Below are positions 11,605 to 21,973 of a DNA stretch of 64,000 nt, piece by piece. Source of the stretch: an uncultured cyanobacterium (GTDB taxonomy: Bacteria; Cyanobacteriota; Cyanobacteriia; Cyanobacteriales; CAWCAG01); contig CAWCAG010000005.1 of the NCBI GenBank assembly GCA_963793425.1, positions 1,792,001 through 1,856,000 on the forward strand, given 5' to 3'. Numbering within the stretch: the stretch's first letter is position 1; each line of letters opens with the position of its first letter. The notes beneath the pieces are model-generated. The model saw only the letters and a program-made list of their open reading frames with translations. It had not been told where the DNA came from and searched no databases. Position numbers and translations under genes: made by a program.

Positions 11605-11952
11605 TTAATCAATAATCTCCCCTGTTTTTTTCAGCATCCTGACTTTACGACCATCTTCTGTAAAGGTGTAGGAAGTTCGACTAGCTACTTTTTCTTTGTT
11701 GGAATACAACATGACGTTAGAGCTATGAATCGGCGTTTCTTCAGTGACGATTTGACCTGATTCGCCTTCCTGTTGCGGCTTAACGTGCTTGGTTCTGATG
11801 TTAACCCCTTCAATTACAACTTTGCTTAACTTAGGAAAAACTTTGGTTATGTCTCCAACTTTTCCTTTGTCTCTACCAGAGATGACTTGTACTGTATCTC
11901 CTTTTTTTACGTGCATTTTGTAGCGCATTGGGCTACCTTTTGTTTGAGCCAT
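11605..11952 (-). CDS. rplX: 50S ribosomal protein L24
   Basis: KOW motif [18 protein letters not shown]. Confidence 0.97.
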   Translation of the reverse strand: MAQTKGSPMRYKMHVKKGDTVQVISGRDKGKVGDITKVFPKLSKVVIEGVNIRTKHVKPQQEGESGQIVTEETPIHSSNVMLYSNKEKVASRTSYTFTEDGRKVRMLKKTGEIID

Positions 11953-12320
11953 CAGATGACCTCCGGAGCAAGAGAAACAATTTTAGTAAAGTTTTTTTCC
12001 CTTAATTCCCTAGCGACAGGACCAAAAACTCTTGTTCCCCTAGGATTATTATCAGGATTGATAATCACAGCAGCATTATCATCAAAACGGATACTCATAC
12101 CGCTTTCTCTACGGATGCTGTGACGGGTACGAACAATGACGGCTCGTACTACATCGGATTTCTTGACTGCCATGTTGGGAATAGCGTCTTTAACCACAGC
12201 GATAATAACATCGCCAATGCCGCCGTAGCGACGGTTTCCAGACCCCAGAACCCGCAGGCACATTAGTTGACGAGCGCCACTGTTGTCGGCAACATTAAGG
12301 TAAGATTGCTGTTGAATCAC
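11952..12320 (-). CDS. rplN: 50S ribosomal protein L14
   Basis: [22 protein letters not shown] start. Confidence 0.98.
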   Translation of the reverse strand: MIQQQSYLNVADNSGARQLMCLRVLGSGNRRYGGIGDVIIAVVKDAIPNMAVKKSDVVRAVIVRTRHSIRRESGMSIRFDDNAAVIINPDNNPRGTRVFGPVARELREKNFTKIVSLAPEVI

Positions 12321-12348
12321 GGTTGTTAGTAGTTACTGATTTAAGTAT

Positions 12349-12597
12349 TTACTTGCTGCTTTCGTTGAGAACGTCAGTCACTCTCCAGCGCTTAGTCCGA
12401 CTAAGGGGACGAGTTTCTCTTATACGAACTCTGTCTCCTGATTTGCATTTGTTTTCTTCGTCGTGAACTTTGTATCGCTTAGTACGAACAACGATTTTTC
12501 CGTACTTAGGATGAGGAGAACGGTTTTCTATAGCCACAACAATGGTTTTATCCATTTTGTCGCTAACGACTAATCCGACTCTTTCTTTAACTGCCAT
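12349..12597 (-). CDS. rpsQ: 30S ribosomal protein S17
   Basis: [20 protein letters not shown]. Confidence 0.98.
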   Translation of the reverse strand: MAVKERVGLVVSDKMDKTIVVAIENRSPHPKYGKIVVRTKRYKVHDEENKCKSGDRVRIRETRPLSRTKRWRVTDVLNESSK

Positions 12598-12603
12598 TAA
12601 GTT

Positions 12604-12846
12604 TTACTCCTCTTGTTCTTCAGCAACGGGGGAATCATTAGTAGAAGCTTGCAGTTGGCGCTCCCTTTCTACAGTTAATAATTGGGCTAAACGATGTCGA
12701 GCGTGCTTAGGCTCGTGAGTTGTTTCAGTCTGGCGGGTGACTTTTTGTAGCCTTAGTTCAAACAATTTCTTTTTGACAGTGATGATTTCAGCAGCGATTT
12801 CTTCGTCGCTCAAACTTCTCACTTCTGCTATTTTCGGAAAAGCCAT
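12604..12846 (-). CDS. rpmC: 50S ribosomal protein L29
   Basis: KKKLFELRLQ...LAQLLTVERER; lies between rplP and rpsQ. Confidence 0.95.
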   Translation of the reverse strand: MAFPKIAEVRSLSDEEIAAEIITVKKKLFELRLQKVTRQTETTHEPKHARHRLAQLLTVERERQLQASTNDSPVAEEQEE

Positions 12847-12849
12847 GAT

Positions 12850-13269
12850 TTAGAGTTGATCCTCAGAGCGGGTGACAAATTTGGTCTTCAAGGGTAGTTT
12901 TTGAGCCGCAAGGCGCATTGCTTCCCTAGCAATTTCTTCGGATACCCCCGCCATTTCAAACATGATGCGTCCTGGTTTGACTACAGCTACCCAGTATTCA
13001 GGGGAGCCTTTACCAGAACCCATTCTTGTTTCAGCCGGACGCATGGTGACAGGTTTATCAGGAAAAATACGAATCCAGATTTTACCGCCACGACGGACAT
13101 AGCGGGTCATAGCTCGACGAGCAGCTTCAATTTGCCGTGATGTGACCCAGCTAGGTTCAATTGCTTGGAGAGCAAAATCTCCAAAGTCAACTCTATTGCC
13201 CCGATGGGCTAGCCCTCTCATGCGGCCACGATGTTGTTTACGAAATTTGGTTCTTTTTGGACTTAGCAT
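12850..13269 (-). CDS. rplP: 50S ribosomal protein L16
   Basis: [22 protein letters not shown]. Confidence 0.98.
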   Translation of the reverse strand: MLSPKRTKFRKQHRGRMRGLAHRGNRVDFGDFALQAIEPSWVTSRQIEAARRAMTRYVRRGGKIWIRIFPDKPVTMRPAETRMGSGKGSPEYWVAVVKPGRIMFEMAGVSEEIAREAMRLAAQKLPLKTKFVTRSEDQL

Positions 13270-13287
13270 AGTTAGTTTTTGGCCCCT

Positions 13288-14007
13288 TTATTCAGATCGG
13301 TCTTCAAACTGCTGGCGGCGAAGCTGACGGCGCGGAGTTTGGGAGGGGGTAGGAGTTGATTGTTCTTCTTGTCCAGGAATAATCTCTCCTTTAAAGACCC
13401 AAACTTTGACCCCTAAAATGCCGTAGATAGTTTTGGCAGTGCGGTAGGAATAATCAATGTCAGCCCGAAGGGTATGTAAGGGTACTCGACCTTCACGAGT
13501 CCACTCAGTACGAGCAATTTCTGCTCCATTAAGTCGGCCACTCACCTGAATTTTGATACCTTGGACATCTGCTCTTTGCGCTCTTTGAATGGCTTGGCGT
13601 ACTACTCTGCGAAAGGAAACTCGCCTTTCTAGTTGCTGAGCAATATTTTCGGCAATTAGAGTAGCATCAGCATCAACTCTAGTTACTTCGACAACATTGA
13701 TACGAATCTGACGATTACTACCCAAGGCATCCTGAAGACCCATCCTCAAGGATTCGATGCCACTACCACCGCGGCCAACGACAACACCAGGTCTAGCTGT
13801 ATGAACTTCTAAGTCAATTTGATCAGCTTTACGTTCAATACGGATGTCGGAAATCCCAGCATTGTTGAGGTTTTTATCAATATACTGGCGAATTTTATGG
13901 TCTTCTTGCAGTAATTCTGGATAGCGCTTTGTGTCAGCATACCAGCGAGAAGAGTGTTCTTTGGTTACGCCTAAACGAAAACCAATTGGATGAATTTTTT
14001 GTCCCAC
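13288..14007 (-). CDS. rpsC: 30S ribosomal protein S3
   Basis: [26 protein letters not shown]. Confidence 0.98.
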   Translation of the reverse strand: MGQKIHPIGFRLGVTKEHSSRWYADTKRYPELLQEDHKIRQYIDKNLNNAGISDIRIERKADQIDLEVHTARPGVVVGRGGSGIESLRMGLQDALGSNRQIRINVVEVTRVDADATLIAENIAQQLERRVSFRRVVRQAIQRAQRADVQGIKIQVSGRLNGAEIARTEWTREGRVPLHTLRADIDYSYRTAKTIYGILGVKVWVFKGEIIPGQEEQSTPTPSQTPRRQLRRQQFEDRSE

Positions 14008-14044
14008 AAACTTTTCCTTTACTACTATTAGTCAAATCTCGGAG

Positions 14045-14404
14045 CTATTTCTCCATCTCCGGAGCCACAGCAATGGTGATGTGACAAGTTGGTTTGCGGA
14101 TTTGATAAGCTCTACCTTGGGCCTTTGCACTAAAGCGCTTCAAAGTCGGTCCTTTGTCGGCATAGGCTTGGCTAATAATTAGAGAAGCTCTGTCTAATCC
14201 TGCATTATGCTCGGCGTTAGCACCAGCAGAACGCAGTGCTTTAAGCACTGGGCCACAAGCGCGATAGGGCATAAACTCCAATAAAATTAATGCTTCTCTA
14301 TAAGTACGACCGCGAATTTGGTCTAAGACCCGTCTAACTTTACGGGGAGACATCCGGATATAACGAGCGATCGCTTTTACTTCTTCTGTATTATCTACCA
14401 CCAT
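14045..14404 (-). CDS. rplV: 50S ribosomal protein L22
   Basis: [26 protein letters not shown]. Confidence 0.98.
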   Translation of the reverse strand: MVVDNTEEVKAIARYIRMSPRKVRRVLDQIRGRTYREALILLEFMPYRACGPVLKALRSAGANAEHNAGLDRASLIISQAYADKGPTLKRFSAKAQGRAYQIRKPTCHITIAVAPEMEK

Positions 14405-14471
14405 AGTTTTCTCCTCTTAAAGCCATCATTAATACTTAATTTATTTACTAGTTGACGGCTAGGTGAGCTTT

Positions 14472-14753
14472 TTATCGACGACCAGCTTTTTTGTCACCTT
14501 TGGAATGACCCCGAAAGGTTCTTGTCGGGGCGAATTCCCCTAGTTTATGACCAACCATTTGTTCATTGATAAAAATCGGAACGTGTTGGCGGCCATTATG
14601 GACAGCAATAGTATGACCCACCATTTGAGGCAAGATTGTTGAAGCCCTCGACCAGGTTTTGATCACCTTTTTCTCGTCCTTGGCATTGAGTTTTTCAATT
14701 TTGCTTAGTAAGCTATCAGCAACAAATGGCCCTTTTTTTAAAGAACGACCCAT
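14472..14753 (-). CDS. rpsS: 30S ribosomal protein S19
   Basis: [20 protein letters not shown]. Confidence 0.98.
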   Translation of the reverse strand: MGRSLKKGPFVADSLLSKIEKLNAKDEKKVIKTWSRASTILPQMVGHTIAVHNGRQHVPIFINEQMVGHKLGEFAPTRTFRGHSKGDKKAGRR

Positions 14754-14794
14754 AGTTTATTTCAGATGTAAAGTTGTTTTAGTCAAAATTTCGT

Positions 14795-15643
14795 TTAGTC
14801 TTTTTTACCTTTACCAGAACGACGACGGCGTACAATCAGGGAGTCGCTGCGCTTTTTCTTTTTACGAGTTTTAGCTCCCAAGGTTGGTTTACCCCAAGGG
14901 GTTACTGGGCCGCTTCTACCGATAGGAGCGCGACCCTCACCACCGCCGTGGGGATGGTCTACAGGGTTCATGGCGCTACCTCGTACTTTTGGTCTACGAC
15001 CTAGACGGCGAGAACGACCAGCTTTGCCTAAGCTGAGGTTACGGGCTTCTGCGTTACCGACTTGACCGATGGTAGCGTAGCATTCTTTGCGTACCATGCG
15101 TACTTCTTTGGAAGGTAGTTTGATGGTGACATAGTTACCTTCTTTGGCGACAACCTGGGCCGCAGCACCAGCAGAGCGGACGATCTGTCCCCCTTTGCCT
15201 GGTTTCATTTCAATATTGTGAACCGTTGTACCTAAAGGTATTTTGGCTAGGGGTAAGGCATTACCAATTTCATAGGGAGCATCGCTACTAGAAATTACGG
15301 TAGTACCGACGGTTAATCCGGCTGGGCATAATATGTAACGCTTTTCACCATCTTCATAGTGCAACAAGGCTATTCTGGCGTTGCGGTTAGGATCGTATTC
15401 TATTGCCAGCACTTCTGCGGGCATATTGCGCTTGTCGCGGCGAAAGTCGATTTGGCGATAGAGGCGCTTATGACCACCACCACGACGGCGACTAGTAATG
15501 ACACCACGATTGTTACGACCTTTGGCGCAGTGTTTGAATTTTGTTAGGGATTTTTCCGGCTTACTTTTGGTAATTTCAGCAAAGTCTGAAACCGTCGCTT
15601 GACGAGTACCAGGAGTATAGGGCCGATAAGAACGGATAGCCAT
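14795..15643 (-). CDS. rplB: 50S ribosomal protein L2
   Basis: [25 protein letters not shown]. Confidence 0.98.
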   Translation of the reverse strand: MAIRSYRPYTPGTRQATVSDFAEITKSKPEKSLTKFKHCAKGRNNRGVITSRRRGGGHKRLYRQIDFRRDKRNMPAEVLAIEYDPNRNARIALLHYEDGEKRYILCPAGLTVGTTVISSSDAPYEIGNALPLAKIPLGTTVHNIEMKPGKGGQIVRSAGAAAQVVAKEGNYVTIKLPSKEVRMVRKECYATIGQVGNAEARNLSLGKAGRSRRLGRRPKVRGSAMNPVDHPHGGGEGRAPIGRSGPVTPWGKPTLGAKTRKKKKRSDSLIVRRRRSGKGKKD

Positions 15644-15669
15644 AACTTAAAGGAATAAAAGATACAAGT

Positions 15670-15972
15670 TTACACTTCTGGGAATAAGGTTATGGAGTCG
15701 CTTTCTGCTAAAGTGACAATCGCTCTTTTATATTGAGGTTTGTAACCGATATATTTACCAACGCGGCGTTTCCTTCGGGGAGGACGACTGGTGTTGACTT
15801 TAGTTACTTTGACCTCAAATAGGCTTTCAATGGCAGCTTTAATTTTCGGTTTGTCAGCTTTAAGAGCGACATCAAAGACGTATTGATTATTTTCTAAGAG
15901 TAAGGTTGCCTTTTCTGTGACAATGGGCCTGATAATCAGATCCGGCAAGTCACGGGGATTGTAATTAGTCAT
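15670..15972 (-). CDS. rplW: 50S ribosomal protein L23
   Basis: [15 protein letters not shown]. Confidence 0.97.
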   Translation of the reverse strand: MTNYNPRDLPDLIIRPIVTEKATLLLENNQYVFDVALKADKPKIKAAIESLFEVKVTKVNTSRPPRRKRRVGKYIGYKPQYKRAIVTLAESDSITLFPEV

Positions 15973-16597
15973 TATAAATCTCCTGAATTTTTGCCAAACC
16001 TTCAGCCGTGGTGACGATTTTATCAGCTACTAATAAGTCGTAGACGTTGAGGTTGTTGGTGCGAATTAGCTTCAGGTTAGCTATATTTCGCGCTGAGAGG
16101 TTTACGTTTTCCGCTACTTCTGGCAAAATGAGCAAGGCTTTCTGACGAGGTTCTATACCCCAACGAGATAAGGCTCTGACCATTTCTTGAGTTTTGGGTT
16201 TGGGAAGTTGTTCAGCAAAGTCGGCTACTACTAATAAGTCTTCAGCACGACTAGCAAAGGCTGTTCTTAGGGCTAAACGCCGCTCTTTGCGGTTCATTTT
16301 GAGGTTGAAGGTTCTTGGTTTAGGACCAAAGATTACCCCACCACCTTTCCATAAAGGAGAGCGAATAGAACCAGCACGGGCGCGACCCGTACCTTTCTGC
16401 CGCCAGGGTTTGCGGCCACCACCTCTAACTTCTGCTCTGGTTTTAGTAGAAGCAGTGCCTTGACGAGCGTTAGTCATTTGTCGTACTAAAGCTCGGTGAA
16501 CAATATGAGCGGCATTTTCTTCTTTAGCAACTTTTAGCTCTAAAGTTGCTTCGGAGATTTCTTCTCCTTCCCAGTTTTTGACTACACATTTAACCAT
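15965..16597 (-). CDS. rplD: 50S ribosomal protein L4
   Basis: [20 protein letters not shown]. Confidence 0.98.
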   Translation of the reverse strand: MVKCVVKNWEGEEISEATLELKVAKEENAAHIVHRALVRQMTNARQGTASTKTRAEVRGGGRKPWRQKGTGRARAGSIRSPLWKGGGVIFGPKPRTFNLKMNRKERRLALRTAFASRAEDLLVVADFAEQLPKPKTQEMVRALSRWGIEPRQKALLILPEVAENVNLSARNIANLKLIRTNNLNVYDLLVADKIVTTAEGLAKIQEIYND

Positions 16598-16630
16598 TTG
16601 TTTCTTTGATTGTCATTTGCCAGAGATGAT

Positions 16631-17275
16631 TTAGTTACTTTGCTTGACCCATTTAGCTGGGGTAATGCTTAATAAACCACCTGGTTTGCCTGGGACTGCT
16701 CCTTTGACTAAGAGGAGGTTCCTTTCTGGATCTACGCTCACTACTGTGAGTTTGCGTACGGTTACTTTTTCTGCTCCCATACGCCCTGCCATCTTTTTGC
16801 CAGGAAAGATTCTACCTGGAGTTGTTCCCGGTCCTGTTGAACCAGGAAGGCGATGGTTTTTAGAACCGTGAGACATAGGACCACGTTTGAAGTTATGCCG
16901 TTTTTGATATCCAGCGAAACCTTTTCCTGTACTAGTACCGCTGATATCAACCATTTGTCCAGGATTGAAGATATCGGCTTTGATGGTTTGACCGAGTTCG
17001 TACTGGTTGGGATCATCTAAGCGATATTCTTTTAGATGGCGTAACAAAGGAGCATTAGCCTTTTTGAGATGGCCTTGCTCTGGCTTGTTAATTGCCTTGG
17101 GTTTGGCTTCTTTGTAACCAACTTGAATGGCGTTGTAGCCATCTGTTTCTTTCGTTTTGATTTGAGTTACTGTGCAAGAACCAGCTTCGATGACGGTTAC
17201 AGGAATAGCTACCCCTGTTTCCCGATCAAAGATTTGGGTCATACCTAGTTTGGTGCCAAGAATGCCTGAAAACAT
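16631..17275 (-). CDS. rplC: 50S ribosomal protein L3
   Basis: [26 protein letters not shown]. Confidence 0.98.
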   Translation of the reverse strand: MFSGILGTKLGMTQIFDRETGVAIPVTVIEAGSCTVTQIKTKETDGYNAIQVGYKEAKPKAINKPEQGHLKKANAPLLRHLKEYRLDDPNQYELGQTIKADIFNPGQMVDISGTSTGKGFAGYQKRHNFKRGPMSHGSKNHRLPGSTGPGTTPGRIFPGKKMAGRMGAEKVTVRKLTVVSVDPERNLLLVKGAVPGKPGGLLSITPAKWVKQSN

Positions 17276-17558
17276 AGCGGCAATCCCTCTCCTTTTTAGA
17301 CAACACTTTAGCTAGCGAGAAGATTAAAGTGATTTTAATCTTCTGCCAACAGGCAACTTCTCCGAAAAGGAGAGCGCGAACCTTTAGTTTGTTACTGCAA
17401 TGTCCTTTTAAGTCCAAGTACGCTAGTTTAAGCTTCAGTCAAAAATACTTGGCTTTAACTTTCGCCTGTTACCGTTAAGACTTAAAAATTCAAAGAACTT
17501 CAGTATCTTAACGAGGCACGTTTGCAAGTAAAGGTTTGAACTTTAGTCACAATCGTCT

Positions 17559-17587
17559 ATTGTATCGAGTTTGGTTAATTTAGTCAA
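17559..17587 (-). promoter_or_regulatory. sigma70-type promoter of the ribosomal-protein operon
   Basis: Minus strand TTGACT-17 nt-TACAAT; implies a ~275-nt leader before rplC. Confidence 0.6.
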
Positions 17588-17707
17588 TAAAAAAAATAAT
17601 TTGGCTTCAATTAACTGAAAAGGGGAAATCTCCGATTTATCAGTGACAAATGACCCCCAAAATATTATGCCCTGGTATCTTACAAATTATGAATCAAAAT
17701 TTTCTGT

Positions 17708-17737
17708 TTGATTCTGGCTTGACGGTCAAACTATAAT
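17708..17737 (+). promoter_or_regulatory. candidate ndhN promoter
   Basis: TTGATT-18 nt-TATAAT, 36 nt upstream of the ATG. Confidence 0.45.
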
Positions 17738-17773
17738 TACAACTTAGGGAATTTTAACAAAAACTAAAACGCA

Positions 17774-18250
17774 ATGGCACTGATTACAAGCGGTAAATCC
17801 TTTATCCGGGACTTAGATAAGTCTGGAGCTTTAGGAGTTTATATGCCCCTGGAAGGGGGGTTTGAAGGACGCTATCAAAGGCGTTTGCGGGCAAATGGCT
17901 ACTCAAGCTTGCATATTACAGCCAGGGGTTTGGGAGATTTGGCTGCTTATTTGACCCGAATACATGGAGTACGCCCCCCTCATTTAGGTAAAAAGGATAT
18001 TGGTCAAGGTGCGGCTGTTGGACCAGTTTATTACATACCACCAATAGTTAATTATCAATTGGAAAACTTGCCTCCTAAAGCTAAGGGTTTGGTGATTTGG
18101 ATTTTGGAAGGACAAGTTCTTTCTCGCCAAGAAAGAGAATACTTAGTTAATTTGCCTAAGCTTGAACCAAAGGTGAAAGTGATTTTAGAATTGGGAGGCG
18201 ATCGCAAGTTTAGTTGGGTTTCGTTAGACCAAACTTTGGTTTCGGTTTAG
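17774..18250 (+). CDS. ndhN: NDH-1 subunit N
   Basis: PLEGGFEGRYQRRLR, ARGLGDL, HGVRPPHLGK; divergent from rplC as in other cyanobacteria. Confidence 0.95.
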   Translation: MALITSGKSFIRDLDKSGALGVYMPLEGGFEGRYQRRLRANGYSSLHITARGLGDLAAYLTRIHGVRPPHLGKKDIGQGAAVGPVYYIPPIVNYQLENLPPKAKGLVIWILEGQVLSRQEREYLVNLPKLEPKVKVILELGGDRKFSWVSLDQTLVSV

Positions 18251-18303
18251 TAGTTGTTAAATTGAAGTTAGAGAAAAAAATCCAGCTAGGTTAAGGGGAC
18301 TCC

Positions 18304-18909
18304 ATGCTAGAAGACCGTGACTATACCCTAATTATTGACAAAAGTGGCAGTATGTCGATTAAAGACCAGTGGGGAGGCAAGAGCCGTTGGCAGGTGATGC
18401 AGGAGTCTACCTTAGCTTTAGCTAGTAAGTGTGAAGACTTAGATCCTGATGGGATTACAGTTTATACTTTTTCTGGGCGGTTTAAGCGCTACGATAATGT
18501 TACCGCCGCTAAGGTGTCACAGATATTTACTGAAAATGAGCCTTCTGGCCGGACTAACTTGACCGGGGTTTTGCAAGATGCTTTAGGAAGTTATTTTCAA
18601 AATAAAGCATCTGGTCAATCAAAGTCCAACGGAGAGACGATTTTAGTGGTGACAGATGGTGAGCCAGATGACCGTAAGGCAGTGATGCGGACGATTGTAG
18701 AAGCATCGCGACGTATTGATCGAGATGAAGAGTTGGCTATTTCTTTTGTCCAGGTTGGCAATGATACAGAAGCAACAAGATTTTTAAAGATTTTAGATGA
18801 TGAGTTACAAAGTGCTGGGGCTAAGTTCGATATTGTCGATACTATTACTATAGATGATATGGAAGATATTACTTTGACAGAGGTTTTGTTGAATGCAATT
18901 ACTGATTAA
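18304..18909 (+). CDS. vWA domain protein
   Basis: MIDAS DKSGSM, T and TDGEP motifs. Confidence 0.9.
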   Translation: MLEDRDYTLIIDKSGSMSIKDQWGGKSRWQVMQESTLALASKCEDLDPDGITVYTFSGRFKRYDNVTAAKVSQIFTENEPSGRTNLTGVLQDALGSYFQNKASGQSKSNGETILVVTDGEPDDRKAVMRTIVEASRRIDRDEELAISFVQVGNDTEATRFLKILDDELQSAGAKFDIVDTITIDDMEDITLTEVLLNAITD

Positions 18910-18911
18910 AT

Positions 18912-18939
18912 TTGCTAATTGCTAATTGCTAATTGCTAG
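18912..18939. repeat. heptamer tandem repeat (TTGCTAA)x4, STRR type
   Basis: Read directly from the sequence. Confidence 0.85.
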
Positions 18940-18959
18940 TTGTTAATAGGTGATATGCA

Positions 18960-19523
18960 ATGGAAGAGCTTTTCTCTGAGATCAAGAAGGAGTATGAGGA
19001 AAAAGATAAACAGAAGAAGTTGTCTTCAGAATCTGTTGAAGATAAGCATAAATCAAGTTCTGATCAGTCTTTGGCTAAAGTTAACGAGAAGGAGAAAAAC
19101 AAAGAGAGGTCTTCTTATTTAGATGGGCTTCTAGCTGAGGTTAAGTCTGAATTTGAAGGCGAAAAAGAGAGTTTTACAAAGAATCATGGTTCTAAATTCG
19201 ATAACTTATTATCTCAGGTAGATCAGGGCAGTTTTTCACCGCGTACTCCTTCTTATTCTGTCCCTAAGCAAATGAGATTTAGGGCAAAAAATGATGTTTT
19301 GGCAGAGATAAAAGAGGAAATTAAAGAACAAGAACAAGAAGAGAAAGTTCGTCAAGAAGATTTACGACAGCAACAATTACAAGAAAGAGAAAATGAAGCT
19401 AAGGTCTGGCTGGAACAATTAGATGTTAATTCAGAAGAAGGACTTTGGTTTGAAGAATTTGCTTACGCTTATCCTTCTAATTTAGCGGCAGCTATTGATT
19501 ATTTAGCTGCTCTACAAAAATAA
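18960..19523 (+). CDS. Slr1339-family (salt-stress) protein
   Basis: Charged N-terminus; C-terminal WLEQLDVNSEEGLWFEEFAYAYPSNLAAAIDYL, family recalled from memory. Confidence 0.7.
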   Translation: MEELFSEIKKEYEEKDKQKKLSSESVEDKHKSSSDQSLAKVNEKEKNKERSSYLDGLLAEVKSEFEGEKESFTKNHGSKFDNLLSQVDQGSFSPRTPSYSVPKQMRFRAKNDVLAEIKEEIKEQEQEEKVRQEDLRQQQLQERENEAKVWLEQLDVNSEEGLWFEEFAYAYPSNLAAAIDYLAALQK

Positions 19524-19558
19524 AAATGTACTCATGGATTTAGTCAACTTTAGCCTAA

Positions 19559-19590
19559 CCCTGCTCCCTGCTCCCTACTCCCTACTCCCT
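19559..19590. repeat. heptamer tandem repeat (CCCTRCT)x4.5
   Basis: Read directly; related tracts near 25360, 37530 and 38138. Confidence 0.8.
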
Positions 19591-19630
19591 CCCCTCACAA
19601 ATAACCTGTGCTATTAAACAGGGTCTAGTA

Positions 19631-20566
19631 TTATATTGACTTTGACCACTTTTTTTTAAAGTTGTTTATTTCTTTATCAGTGTAGAAAAATTTTACAAAT
19701 CTAGAATCATATATATTATCTAGATATTCTACAGGAAAATTTATTTTATTTCTAAAGGTTTGATAAAGTTCATAGTATCTTTTTGAATTTGACATATTAG
19801 CATTCACTATGGTCACTTCATCTATTTGGAGAAAATCTTTTAGGCAAGGTTGGAGGTAGGGAGAAAATGCTTCTAGTTTGATAATTAACAAGTCTATATT
19901 CTTATTGATATTTTTTTGAATCAGATAACCTTGAGATTTAGGAAAATCTATGGAGAAGATATCAATACCAAGGACAGAATTAAATTCCTGATCAAACCAG
20001 TTTAAGGCTCTATATCTTCTTTCTTGAGCTTCAGGATGTTCCCAATATAATTTGATGAGATTGTCTACATTAATCTCTTTCGTCTCTATCATTTGATAGA
20101 CATTAGGTAAGAAGTTACTTATATTCTGAAAGAAGCTAGAAATACCGCGCCCAATAGGATCTCGAACGGAAGTTATCATTTTAATTTTGTCTTTCTGAGC
20201 GACAAGATGAGCAATATTTTCGCAGAAATACTGATCAATAATTAAATAATTGGGAGCTAGCAAGCTTTTATAGCTTTTTTGATTTTGCCATCTTTGTAAA
20301 TTCGTATCAGGATTGAGAAAATGAATTTTGTAAATAGGCTGTGAAATATTCGAGGCTTCTAAGGTTCTCACAATAGTTGACGAACCTACTTTTCCCATCT
20401 GGTAAACTAAGACAATTTCTGAGCTACTGTCTAAAGTATTCTGTATTTGCTGATAAGTAGTTTTACTTTTGAAGAAGTTGCCTATATAAGACAGTGAAGA
20501 ACGAACAATTGCTTGGTTTTTGACCTTACTTATCGATTGTTGGAACATTTTCTCAGCAGAGTTCAC
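19631..20566 (-). CDS. putative capsular polysaccharide synthesis protein (NKWYS-like, sulfotransferase-fold)
   Basis: VYQMGKVGSSTI (PAPS-loop-like), ITSVRDP..R.IS.FFQ, WFDQEF, C-terminal FY..EI..F.KKW. Confidence 0.7.
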   Translation of the reverse strand: MNSAEKMFQQSISKVKNQAIVRSSLSYIGNFFKSKTTYQQIQNTLDSSSEIVLVYQMGKVGSSTIVRTLEASNISQPIYKIHFLNPDTNLQRWQNQKSYKSLLAPNYLIIDQYFCENIAHLVAQKDKIKMITSVRDPIGRGISSFFQNISNFLPNVYQMIETKEINVDNLIKLYWEHPEAQERRYRALNWFDQEFNSVLGIDIFSIDFPKSQGYLIQKNINKNIDLLIIKLEAFSPYLQPCLKDFLQIDEVTIVNANMSNSKRYYELYQTFRNKINFPVEYLDNIYDSRFVKFFYTDKEINNFKKKWSKSI

Positions 20567-20836
20567 TACAAAAACACCTCGATTTTACTGGTTTTTGATA
20601 AATTTTAGTTTATGCTATTTGCTTCCTTTTTATGCAACTGAACATGGTTATCCAAAAATTCCCGAACTTCCCACGATCCACAAGTGAAGTGACTTGCGAC
20701 TCTTAAGTTGAAAAGAGATTAAGTTTGTTTCATAGATTAATTTTGTTCTAATTATCTATTTTGTTACAAATATTAAGAAAAACTTAGATGGAAATACACT
20801 TCCTACAGTCGTGACTTAATCTTAAGGGGGGCAAGA

Positions 20837-20971
20837 ATGGAAAAAGCGAATCTATTTAAAGCTCAGTTGAAGGGTTGCAACCTTTTTTGGAGCAAAGATG
20901 TCGCTCTTAAACACGCTTATTTGGATAACTATACTATTCATCCTGACGGCTACCGACTCATTGATAATTGA
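20837..20971 (+). pseudogene. pentapeptide-repeat protein C-terminal fragment (44 aa)
   Basis: Hand translation (ILRGAR)MEKANLFKAQLKGCNLFWSKDVALKHAYLDNYTIHPDGYRLIDN*: A-x-L-x-x repeats and the TxxPDG cap; in-frame stop upstream at 20774. Confidence 0.6.
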
Positions 20972-20988
20972 TAATTAATAATAAAATT

Positions 20989-21927
20989 GTGTTTTTTAGT
21001 ATTGTTATTCCGACTTACAATCGTTTGCCCATTCTCCAAAAATGTTTATTGGCACTGGAAAGGCAGAATTTAAACCTTGATAGTGTGGTGGGAGGTTATG
21101 AAGTTGTGGTGGTAGATGATGGTTCTACTGATGGTAGTTGGGAATGGTTAGAAGATAATGCAGAGATTATTCCCCATGTAAAAATTGTAGCTCAAGATCA
21201 TCAAGGACCAGCCGCAGCTAGAAATTTGGGAGTTAAGGAAGCTAAAGGCGAGATAATTGTTTTTATTGATAGTGATTTAGTTGTTACAGAACAGTTTTTG
21301 CAGGCACATGGAGATGCTTTGAAAGCAGGAGAGAAAGAGTTAGGTTGCGATCGCCTCTTTACTTATGGAGCGGTGATTAATACTGCTAATTTTACTAATC
21401 CCACTTCCGAACCCTATAAAATAACGGATTTTTCTGCTGCTTATTTTGCTACAGGTAATGTTGCAATCCCCCGTCATTGGTTAGAAGAAGCGGGACTTTT
21501 TGATACTCGCTTTCAACTTTATGGTTGGGAAGATTTGGAGTTAGGAGTTAGGTTGAAGAAGTTAGGTTTAAAATTAATTAAATGTCCTGAAGCTGTAGGT
21601 TATCATTGGCATCCTGCTTTTAATCTTAAGCAACTTCCTGGTTTAATTGATAGGGAGATTCAGCGGGGAAGAATGGGGGTTTTGTTTTATGAAAAGCATC
21701 CTACTTGGGAAGTGAAGATGATGATCCAAATGACTTGGTTACATCGTCTTTTGTGGGGGATTTTATCTTTACGGGGAGCTTTAAATGAAAGAACAATGGC
21801 TCCTTTTTTACAATGGTTAATTAATCGTGGCAAGCCTCAGTTAGCTTTAGAAGTAGCGCGCATTTTCCTTAATTGGTATAACGTACAGGGAGTTTACACA
21901 GCTTATGCAGAGAGCTTACGTCAGTGA
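20989..21927 (+). CDS. family 2 glycosyltransferase
   Basis: SIVIPTYNR, VVDDGSTDG, FIDSD, YGWEDLELG; probable GTG start at 20989. Confidence 0.92.
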   Translation: MFFSIVIPTYNRLPILQKCLLALERQNLNLDSVVGGYEVVVVDDGSTDGSWEWLEDNAEIIPHVKIVAQDHQGPAAARNLGVKEAKGEIIVFIDSDLVVTEQFLQAHGDALKAGEKELGCDRLFTYGAVINTANFTNPTSEPYKITDFSAAYFATGNVAIPRHWLEEAGLFDTRFQLYGWEDLELGVRLKKLGLKLIKCPEAVGYHWHPAFNLKQLPGLIDREIQRGRMGVLFYEKHPTWEVKMMIQMTWLHRLLWGILSLRGALNERTMAPFLQWLINRGKPQLALEVARIFLNWYNVQGVYTAYAESLRQ

Positions 21928-21973
21928 TAAGAAGATGGGGGGACTAATATGTATTTTAATCAACACTCAGCTA

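Noticed and set aside
9871..17275. Absence of rpsJ, rpsN, rpmD and rpsD from the cluster
   Set aside because: Usual cyanobacterial arrangement, not a loss specific to this window.
474..17417. Many short alternative-frame and antisense ORFs over prfA and the ribosomal-protein genes
   Set aside because: Shadows of highly conserved genes, with no motifs of their own.
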